64,000 bases of DNA from Candidatus Parcubacteria bacterium (GTDB lineage Bacteria; Patescibacteriota; Minisyncoccia; Phycocordibacterales; CAIZLB01), in contig JBDKLC010000005.1 in the NCBI GenBank assembly GCA_039795775.1, positions 379,958 through 443,957 on the forward strand, read 5' to 3'. A program made the translations under genes and the position numbers. Shown here in pieces: positions 56,802 through 64,000 of this stretch; within the stretch, counting starts at the first letter, position 1, and each line of letters opens with the position of its first letter. Under the pieces are notes generated by a model, which worked only from the letters and a program-made list of their open reading frames with translations, searched no databases and was not told the origin of the DNA.

Positions 56802-57204
56802 CTGTATCTTCAGGAATCTTTTTATCTAAATAAGCTTGTGATGTAGCAATAATCCGACTACCAATATCTTTAACTTTTTGAATATATTGAGTTTTAACTT
56901 CATCGGCAACAACATCTTCACGTTGAAGATGTTGCATCTCCTTGATCATTGGAAAGAAATCAGTCTCTATAGACTCAAATTCTGCATTTCCGATTTCATG
57001 ATCGCTATGCATGAGCTGTAGCTCTCCATATATCGCGTTCATAACAGTTCCCATTGCAAATTGCCATGTTACCTGACGACCAGTACGACTCATTTCATTT
57101 GCAATATTTTGTTCCATATTAGATATCATCTGATTGAGCATGATATGTGATTGAACTTCATTACTTCCTGAATCACCCTCGATTGATTCTACATGTTTTA
57201 ACAT
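56791..57204 (-). CDS. hypothetical protein
   Basis: 137 aa, helical, no recognisable motif. Confidence 0.35.
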   Translation of the reverse strand: MLKHVESIEGDSGSNEVQSHIMLNQMISNMEQNIANEMSRTGRQVTWQFAMGTVMNAIYGELQLMHSDHEIGNAEFESIETDFFPMIKEMQHLQREDVVADEVKTQYIQKVKDIGSRIIATSQAYLDKKIPEDTVNG

Positions 57205-57208
57205 ATAG

Positions 57209-58132
57209 TTATTTATTAGCAGTACCTACTAATGCGGCGATGCGGTCTTCTGTCGGTGGATGTGTCATGAATAATTTGTGCAAACCTTTTACTGCACCTG
57301 CCCCAAACGGGTTTGATATATATAAATGAGCAGTCGCATTTGATGCGTGCTGTAATGGCCGACCGTATGCAGAGATTTTTCGTAATGCACTAGCGAGTCC
57401 GTCAGGATATCGTGTAAGAAGCGCACCTGATGCATCAGCAAGGAATTCTCTACGTCGAGAAATAGCGAGTTGAATCACTGTTGCAATAATTGGAGAAAGA
57501 ATAATAAATATAACACCAATAATCATAAGGATCCCACCTGATCGGTTATTTTCGTTGTCACTGTGACCTCCCCACAATCGTGATCGAATAAACATATCTG
57601 AAATGATAGAGATAACTCCTACGAGCACCACAACCACACTCGAAAGTAATATGTCTCGATTTCCAATATGTGAAAGTTCATGCGCGATTACACCTTCGAG
57701 TTCAGATCTATCCATCATTTGAAGAAGACCTGTTGTTACTGCTACAGCAGCATGGTCTTTGTTTCGTCCAGTTGCAAATGCATTTGGAGCAGGATCGTTG
57801 ATGACGTACAAACGAGGTTTTGGGAGTCCTGCAGTAATAGAGAGGTTCTCTACAATTCGGTGAAGCTCAGCATATTCTGCAACTGAAGCTTCTTTTGCGT
57901 GAGCGAGAGAAAGTGCAATCTTGTCCGAGAACCAATAACTCGTAATATTCATGACCATACTAAATCCAAGGGCAATATATAGAATCGCAACATCGTTGTA
58001 ATACATGCTCAGAAAATAGCCTATACCTCCAATAACCGCGAGAAAAATTGCCATCAAAAACCATGTCCGAGAAATATTGCGAGACTGTTGTGTATACAAT
58101 GTAGCCATATATATAGCGTAGCAAATGTACAA
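57209..58132 (-). CDS. htpX: M48 zinc metalloprotease HtpX
   Basis: HELSHIGNRD HExxH site and 4 TM helices. Confidence 0.85.
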   Translation of the reverse strand: MYICYAIYMATLYTQQSRNISRTWFLMAIFLAVIGGIGYFLSMYYNDVAILYIALGFSMVMNITSYWFSDKIALSLAHAKEASVAEYAELHRIVENLSITAGLPKPRLYVINDPAPNAFATGRNKDHAAVAVTTGLLQMMDRSELEGVIAHELSHIGNRDILLSSVVVVLVGVISIISDMFIRSRLWGGHSDNENNRSGGILMIIGVIFIILSPIIATVIQLAISRRREFLADASGALLTRYPDGLASALRKISAYGRPLQHASNATAHLYISNPFGAGAVKGLHKLFMTHPPTEDRIAALVGTANK

Positions 58133-58168
58133 TAAAATACCACTCCTTTTGGAAGTGGTATTTTCGGA

Positions 58169-58627
58169 CTATTTTCGAACAACTACTGTTTTCGCAATAA
58201 TATCGTGGAGCGCCTGTTTTTTTTCTGTGAACAAGACCATGAGATATCCGATCAAAAGAATAAATCCTGAAAGGTATTTTGAAACGGTTCGTACGAGTGC
58301 ACGCTGAGGTGTGATTCGTTCACCGTTGAGACCTGTCACCTTAATCTTGAGAGCTTGTTTACCAATAGTAGCTTGGTGTGAGCCACTTTCCATCCAAGTA
58401 AAGTATCCGAGGAATACGATAACGCTCAACAAATTCTCGAGAGCTGTTGATTCTTGAACGAGAGTAAAAGAAGTTGGCCCAGCAACAACAACTTGAATAA
58501 GAAGACCAACCACACCGATCAGAAATCCGTCGATCAGCGCAGCGCCAACACGCTTCCAAAATCCTGCATATTCTACAACACTTGCTCCGACTACTTCTGC
58601 TTCAATAGGGGTACCTGTAGGTTCCAT
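58169..58627 (-). CDS. RDD-family membrane protein
   Basis: WKRVGAALIDGFLIGVV... RDD motif. Confidence 0.7.
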   Translation of the reverse strand: MEPTGTPIEAEVVGASVVEYAGFWKRVGAALIDGFLIGVVGLLIQVVVAGPTSFTLVQESTALENLLSVIVFLGYFTWMESGSHQATIGKQALKIKVTGLNGERITPQRALVRTVSKYLSGFILLIGYLMVLFTEKKQALHDIIAKTVVVRK

Positions 58628-58681
58628 AACTAAAATAATTTAAATTAATTGTTCAATATCTAACTCGGAAATTATATCAGA

Positions 58682-59176
58682 CTATTTTCCTTTGAGAATA
58701 TTTTCCACCATTTCAATTTCTTCATATATACCTTCAATGAGATCGTAGCCTTTCGCCTCTGGCTCTGTGACCCACGCATATTCCACACTGTCACCATCGA
58801 GCTTCACATCACCTGAGACAAACGGTGCATAGTAACTAAATGTAATAACTGGAATTCCATCTGGTCGAATAAATGTAAGATCAAGTAAAAAATCGAGCTT
58901 CCCTACTTCTACATTCACTTCTTCCTGGATTTCACGCTTGAGAGATACAACGAGAGAGTTGTACCACGCGCTACCATGCTGTGGCTCACCGTGTACATAA
59001 TCATCAGTACTCAAACCACCTCCAGGTACAGTCCATTTATTTGGGTGAACTTTTTTTGTTGGACTTCTTTTTGTAATGAGATATTTAAATACCCCATCTT
59101 CTTTTTTATAAATAATTGCTGTCGATGTAATTCGATGAAGTTCCTTATCTTGTATGAGTTCAATATTGTGAGCCAT
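58682..59176 (-). CDS. NUDIX hydrolase
   Basis: Nudix box GG...E.......REIQEEVNVEV. Confidence 0.8.
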   Translation of the reverse strand: MAHNIELIQDKELHRITSTAIIYKKEDGVFKYLITKRSPTKKVHPNKWTVPGGGLSTDDYVHGEPQHGSAWYNSLVVSLKREIQEEVNVEVGKLDFLLDLTFIRPDGIPVITFSYYAPFVSGDVKLDGDSVEYAWVTEPEAKGYDLIEGIYEEIEMVENILKGK

Positions 59177-59203
59177 ATATATGTAGTTAATGAATACTAT
59201 AGT

Positions 59204-60922
59204 TTACCAACTTCCTCCCCCGCCTCCGCCTCCACCACCTCCTGAAGAACCTCCTCCTCCTGAACCTGAAGACGATGAGGAAGGTGTGGATGTCAGTGCT
59301 GTTCCGGCAGTTGCACCGAATGCACTCATGTTGCTAGTAAGAACTCCAGCATTGAATGCTGTACCACTTGTACTGCTATACCATGTTGGTGGTTCCATAT
59401 ATATGTCTTCGAATTCTTTAGCCCATGCTTTTTCTACACCAAGAACCATTGCAAACGGAAGAAGTGTTTCGAACAATTCAGGTTTCTTTTCAGGAGCATT
59501 GTGAAAATTAATTCGATCTTTTTCAGCAATTTGCAAATACATTTTGAATCCAAGAATATCTTCTTTGAGTACTGCACCTCTCACAGTCTTTTTTGGCATT
59601 GCAATCCCAACAATAATAAAAACAATACCAAGAATAACAAGTTCAAATGTTACAAATGCTAACAAGAAAAATCCGATAACAATACATATAATTCCCCCAG
59701 CTACATATTTATCTCTAATAGTTGTTGGATTTTGCTCGTATATGTTTTTAGCAACCAAACCATCCATCACTTCTTTTTTAATGGCAGGTAGATGCTTATA
59801 AAATTTGTTTTTGAGGGATGTCATTGATACGACCTGTGCTTCATTCGCAAAAAGCTTATCGAGCAGAGTTCTATGAAAATTCTTTATAAGGCCTGTTGAT
59901 TCTTTTAATTTTACCAAACTATATTCAGACTGATCGAGTTCAATTTTTATATACCCAAGTGTTGCGAGATATATAATTTCTGAGGAAATTGCTTTAGCAG
60001 AAATATATTCTTTCAACACGGCATCAATCTCCATAGGCGTGAGTTGTTCTGGAGATGAGTACTGCGGAACAATTGTCCCTCGGCCTTTTGGATCACGACC
60101 TTTAAGCATCCATGTTCGTATCAGTCGAAGAGCAATACCAATAACAACAAGAGATGAAATAATGTGAAGAATATGTTCTCGGATAAAGGCGAGTATTCTG
60201 TCTGCAAGTGATGGTAGTTGTACGATTCCTTTTGGAAATCCTATACCTATCGTCATACCTTGATATGATTCCAAACGTTCAGATAGTTTAAATGTAACCG
60301 TTGAAATAGAAGGCTCACTAAATACAGATGTACACGAACGAGTTGAACCTCGTACTCCTTGATAACAAGATAACTTGAGGGAACTTGTATCTACAGCTTT
60401 TGGAAGTGTAACTCGAGTCTCAGCGTTATTTATAGGAATAAGCCATTCATCACCAGTAGCATTCCAGTACAGTTCATCAAATGAATCAAAATACTGAAGG
60501 GCATTTTTTACAGTATACGAAATAATGTATGTTTTTTTGCCACTGATAAGTATGTCTTTATCGCCAATTTTAATATTCTTTTTTCCGCTTCCAGATACGG
60601 TAAAGTTGTACGCTGCACCAGTCTCATCTTCTACACGAATATCAGAAATTTGAATTTTTCCAATAGAATTTTTTAATGTTGTAAGTGGAATAACACGATA
60701 AATACCGTGTCGCTCGAGATTCGCAAAATCATACAAAATGGTTTCTTTAACTTTAATTGTAGAGTCAGCAGAGATAACAATATCCGATTCAAATGATCGG
60801 ATTTGTTCATACGAACTTTGCGTGTCTTCTGGGGTGTCTTGAGCGAACACAGTTGAAGCTAGCCCAAAAATACTCACAAAACTTAAGACAACCACGACTA
60901 TAAGACGTCGTAGAAGCTTCAT
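59204..60922 (-). CDS. DUF2207 membrane protein with C-terminal poly-Gly/Ser tail
   Basis: Signal peptide, beta-rich ectodomain, 3 TM helices, and the tail SGSGGGGSSGGGGGGGGGGSW. Confidence 0.65.
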   Translation of the reverse strand: MKLLRRLIVVVVLSFVSIFGLASTVFAQDTPEDTQSSYEQIRSFESDIVISADSTIKVKETILYDFANLERHGIYRVIPLTTLKNSIGKIQISDIRVEDETGAAYNFTVSGSGKKNIKIGDKDILISGKKTYIISYTVKNALQYFDSFDELYWNATGDEWLIPINNAETRVTLPKAVDTSSLKLSCYQGVRGSTRSCTSVFSEPSISTVTFKLSERLESYQGMTIGIGFPKGIVQLPSLADRILAFIREHILHIISSLVVIGIALRLIRTWMLKGRDPKGRGTIVPQYSSPEQLTPMEIDAVLKEYISAKAISSEIIYLATLGYIKIELDQSEYSLVKLKESTGLIKNFHRTLLDKLFANEAQVVSMTSLKNKFYKHLPAIKKEVMDGLVAKNIYEQNPTTIRDKYVAGGIICIVIGFFLLAFVTFELVILGIVFIIVGIAMPKKTVRGAVLKEDILGFKMYLQIAEKDRINFHNAPEKKPELFETLLPFAMVLGVEKAWAKEFEDIYMEPPTWYSSTSGTAFNAGVLTSNMSAFGATAGTALTSTPSSSSSGSGGGGSSGGGGGGGGGGSW

Positions 60923-60926
60923 GGAG

Positions 60927-61493
60927 TTAGAATTTAACTTCTACTGGCTGTTGAGCTGCGTCAGCATCTGGAAGATCGAAGAGTTCCATCTTCTTGAAAT
61001 TGAACATACCAGCAATAACATTTGATGGGAATGATTCAACAGCAATACTCAAGTCTCGAACATTTGCATTATAGAATCGTCGAGCAGCCTGAATTTTGTT
61101 TTCTGTATCTGAAAGTTCTCGCTGAAGTTCGAGGAAGTTTGTATTTGCTTTGAGGTCTGGATACGCTTCTGCTACAGCAAAAAGAGATTTCAATGTTCCT
61201 GAAAGCTCACCTTCTGCTTGTGCTTTCTGTGTAAGAGTTCCTGCTGCACCAGCATTCATAGCAGCAGTTCGAGCGGCTGTTACTTTTTCAAATGCAGAAC
61301 TTTCGTGACCAGCATATCCTTTTACTGTACTAACAAGATTTGGAATAAGATCATATCGTCGCTTGAGCTGTACTTCGATATCTGCCCATGCTTCTTTTGA
61401 CTGATTTACAAGACGAACAAATTTGTTATACCCACCGATTGCCCAAAGAACAATGACCGCAAGGACTATAAGAATGATTACTGTAATAGACAT
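60927..61493 (-). CDS. lemA: LemA-family protein
   Basis: N-terminal TM helix plus the LemA core (RRYDLIPNLV...AYPDLKAN...RRFYN). Confidence 0.85.
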   Translation of the reverse strand: MSITVIILIVLAVIVLWAIGGYNKFVRLVNQSKEAWADIEVQLKRRYDLIPNLVSTVKGYAGHESSAFEKVTAARTAAMNAGAAGTLTQKAQAEGELSGTLKSLFAVAEAYPDLKANTNFLELQRELSDTENKIQAARRFYNANVRDLSIAVESFPSNVIAGMFNFKKMELFDLPDADAAQQPVEVKF

Positions 61494-61518
61494 GTCTAAT
61501 TAATTGTTGGATTACTAA

Positions 61519-62673
61519 TTGATATCAGTATATCATAGAGGTACTAATCAACTAGATATGAAATACATTCTCCGAATCCCCTTTTATGTACTTGTAATAT
61601 ACGGCCTTATTACTGTGTGGAATTGGAGTTCAGCAACTCCTTATAAAATGGTAGATGTCGCAACAATCAAACAACAGGTTGCTGAGGCGTTCCAGCAGGT
61701 GGCAAGTTCAACAAACCTATTTGCAGAAAAGAAAGATACCAATATACATATATATGTAGTTGGAGACATGATGTTTGATCGAGCTGTCAGAAAACAAGTA
61801 CAAAAATTTGGCTTTGAATATGTGTTTGGAAATTCAATAACAACCTTCGCTGCACATGACCTTGTGTTTGGTAATCTCGAAGGACCAATCACATCATCTG
61901 CTTCAAAAACACTTTTGCCTGGAGGCACACAATCGCAACTTCTCGTATTTACCTTTCCAACATCCACTGCACCGGCTCTCAAAGCAATGGGCATGGATGT
62001 AGTGAGTCTTGCGAACAATCATAGCCAGAACTTTGGGAGTGCTGGATTAAAAGAAACTAAAAAATTGTTAAACGCTCAAGGCATACAGTATTTTGGAGAA
62101 CCGACAAACGCGGGCGATGTTTCGACAACAACATGTATCATAAAGAACGACAAGAAAACATGTATTGGCTTCGTCGGCTATCACGAGTTCACTTACCAGA
62201 ACGAATCCATTGTGGCAAAAGCAATTCAGGACCTTCGTCCAAACGTAGATTTCCTTGTCGTCATGCCTCACTGGGGAAATGAATATGAACCTCGATACAA
62301 ACAATCACAGCAACAACTCGCGCACCAGTGGATAGATCTCGGTGCCGATGCAGTTATTGGTGCTCATCCACATATCATTACTCCTTTAGAAATTTATAAA
62401 AATAAGGCAATATTCTACTCTCTTGGAAATTTTATTTTTGATCAGTACTTTTCTTTTGACACAACTCACGGTCTCACACTCTCTATCGACTTGTCAGCTT
62501 CTTCGACAATATACAAATTGATTCCAATTGATAATACAGGTATCCGAGTAAAATATACGGACGCAACAACTACACAAAAAATGCTCAACTCGCTCGCTAC
62601 TATTTCAAAAAAATCAGTGAGTACTTCTACCTTTGAACAAATACGTTCTGGTGCTGTTACTTTATCTCGATAA
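61519..62673 (+). CDS. CapA/PgsA-family metallophosphatase (poly-gamma-glutamate capsule synthesis-like)
   Basis: VVGDMMFDR, GNLEGP, LANNHS and HWGNEY motifs after a TM anchor. Confidence 0.8.
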   Translation: MISVYHRGTNQLDMKYILRIPFYVLVIYGLITVWNWSSATPYKMVDVATIKQQVAEAFQQVASSTNLFAEKKDTNIHIYVVGDMMFDRAVRKQVQKFGFEYVFGNSITTFAAHDLVFGNLEGPITSSASKTLLPGGTQSQLLVFTFPTSTAPALKAMGMDVVSLANNHSQNFGSAGLKETKKLLNAQGIQYFGEPTNAGDVSTTTCIIKNDKKTCIGFVGYHEFTYQNESIVAKAIQDLRPNVDFLVVMPHWGNEYEPRYKQSQQQLAHQWIDLGADAVIGAHPHIITPLEIYKNKAIFYSLGNFIFDQYFSFDTTHGLTLSIDLSASSTIYKLIPIDNTGIRVKYTDATTTQKMLNSLATISKKSVSTSTFEQIRSGAVTLSR

Positions 62674-62804
62674 GTGTTTACGTTGTCACTTTTGCCTTAA
62701 ATTGACACATATATAAACTCGTTTTACCATTATATATAGGCCTCAGGTACGGTATCCCTGAACTCAAACAAACGCACAAAAACATACATTCAACTGCTCA
62801 TTCT

Positions 62805-63224
62805 ATGCAATACAATATTATTCGTCGGCTCATTAACTTGGCCGTCCTCACCCTCGTGATGATCTACGTCATCCAGAGCTACGGCTTCTGGATCCCGACC
62901 CTCATTTGGGTCACTTGCCTCGGCATCGCAGCCCTGTCCTTATGGATCTGGAATAAGTTCGACTACGAAACAAAACCAGAAGGTAAAATGATCCTACTTT
63001 TGACTAGCGACTACTCGCCGCTGGTCTGGATAGTAAGGCTTATTTTCCCAGAAGATGATGAAGCTTCAAAAGATTTTGACGATCTTCTTTATCCACGGTG
63101 GATGTGGTTTTTCGTCATCATCGACATCTTTCTACTCTGCTGTATCTTGATAGTCGCAACCCCCTTTATGTGGGCTGCATTCTGGATTGATGCCGAACGG
63201 TATCCCCCCTTCAAGGTTCCCTAA
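62805..63224 (+). CDS. hypothetical membrane protein (moderately GC-rich)
   Basis: 139 aa, 4 TM helices. Strong terminator 25 bp downstream. Confidence 0.4.
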   Translation: MQYNIIRRLINLAVLTLVMIYVIQSYGFWIPTLIWVTCLGIAALSLWIWNKFDYETKPEGKMILLLTSDYSPLVWIVRLIFPEDDEASKDFDDLLYPRWMWFFVIIDIFLLCCILIVATPFMWAAFWIDAERYPPFKVP

Positions 63225-63248
63225 TAGCTGGGGACCTCTCACACAACT

Positions 63249-63295
63249 TCAAGCCCCGAGGCGCCACAAAAGGCGCCTCGGGGCTTCAACATTTC
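63249..63295 (+). terminator. intrinsic terminator (15-bp perfect stem)
   Basis: AAGCCCCGAGGCGCC-acaaaa-GGCGCCTCGGGGCTT. Confidence 0.7.
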
Positions 63296-63422
63296 AATAT
63301 ATAGGCGATACCGAAGGCTATATTAATGCCTCTGTAGGGCTACTATTTGAAGTAGATACGTATTTATATAAGACAGCCCCAAACGTAGACAAATTGCTCC
63401 AATATGCTATACTCGTTGGGCA

Positions 63423-63680
63423 ATGACAGCAATTTCCGTTATACAGATTACTCTCGCCATCCTCCTTTCAGTGGCTATTTTGCTACAGCACTCAGATGCT
63501 GGAGCTGGAGGAGCTTTTGGTGGTGGTGACTCTGTCTCAAGCTGGAGAACTCGACGTGGTTTTGAAAAGGTATTATTTGTAGCCACAATTATATTGGCTA
63601 TCCTTTTCGTAGTATCTGCTATTGTAGCCCTCTCTCTTACGCCTGCCGCTACACCTGCTCTTCCTGCTGTAACTCAGTAA
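63423..63680 (+). CDS. secG: preprotein translocase subunit SecG
   Basis: 85 aa, two TM helices flanking a Gly-rich loop (LLQHSDAGAGGAFGGGDS). Confidence 0.7.
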   Translation: MTAISVIQITLAILLSVAILLQHSDAGAGGAFGGGDSVSSWRTRRGFEKVLFVATIILAILFVVSAIVALSLTPAATPALPAVTQ

Positions 63681-63791
63681 AACCCCGTTTTATCTCATTA
63701 TTTTCAGAAAATAGCCCCTTTGGGTGTCATATTTTCTGCTGAATAACGTATATTCTCTATATATAACTCTCATCAATAATATTGAACCGTT

Positions 63792-64000
63792 GTGAACAAC
63801 GATCTTGAACAACCATCTTTATACTGGCGAATAAGACGTGCAATATCAGCTTTTGGTGCAACTGAAAAAATTGTCTTTGGCTTTTTTGCGATTATTTTCG
63901 TACTAAGCGCACTTATTGTTCTTCAAAAAATCAACCGGTCTTTCATGACTGATGTCCCTGTTCGTGGAGGTACACTCGAAGAAGGCGTTGTGGGTTTTCC
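63792..64000 (+). CDS. partial CDS (5' end only) running off the window
   Basis: GTG start. One TM helix, then VPVRGGTLEEGVVG. Function not assignable. Confidence 0.3.
   Translation, partial: MNNDLEQPSLYWRIRRAISAFGATEKIVFGFFAIIFVLSALIVLQKINRSFMTDVPVRGGTLEEGVVGF

Noticed and set aside
1-64000. Alternative genetic code (UGA recoding, as in some CPR lineages)
   Set aside because: Housekeeping genes such as gyrA, valS, lepA and nrdJ read through at full length in the standard code. In-frame TGA codons are not needed.

Overview
This 64 kb window comes from a low-GC (~40%) bacterial chromosome with a reduced-genome feel. The proteins are short, many small membrane or hypothetical genes sit among single-copy housekeeping genes, and ValRS and FtsZ are compact. 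I infer a Patescibacteria/CPR-like organism; there is no marker-gene proof. The standard genetic code fits, because long ORFs are uninterrupted.

Recognisable genes and RNAs:
- Core genes: gyrA, rpsA, pth, lepB, a divergent hisS-like gene, rpsU, ybeY, ftsA, ftsZ, trxB, tsaD, valS, lepA, typA, murJ, nrdJ (class II RNR), msrB, htpX, secG.
- Envelope and transport genes: a MacAB-like ABC efflux triplet, DsbB/DsbA, MscL, GtrA plus a GT2 glycosyltransferase, LemA plus DUF2207, CapA, and an O-antigen-ligase-like TPR membrane protein.
- Five tRNAs: Lys-CTT, Leu-TAG, Glu-TTC, Phe-GAA, Arg-CCT.
- An RNase P RNA (rnpB) that the ORF track had mis-filled with spurious ORFs.

Accessory and unusual content:
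- A tandem array of five VirB2/TrbC-like pilin paralogs with no secretion ATPase nearby.
- About 8 to 10 short GC-rich (55-60%) single-gene islets, each closed by its own GC-rich hairpin terminator. One sits beside tRNA-Leu with an exact 19-nt duplication of the tRNA 3' end. Another, encoding a secreted protein, sits at the 3' side of tRNA-Arg.
- A divergent, probably non-catalytic HisRS homolog.
- A repeated palindromic intergenic element (TTTCACTGTG...CACAGTGAAA) in two places.
- A 51-aa Cys-rich peptide gene divergent from a Fur-family regulator.
- A 1.4 kb coding-poor stretch with three intrinsic terminators and a Shine-Dalgarno-led 43-aa basic ORF.

No CRISPR array, integrase, transposase or obvious defence operon is visible.
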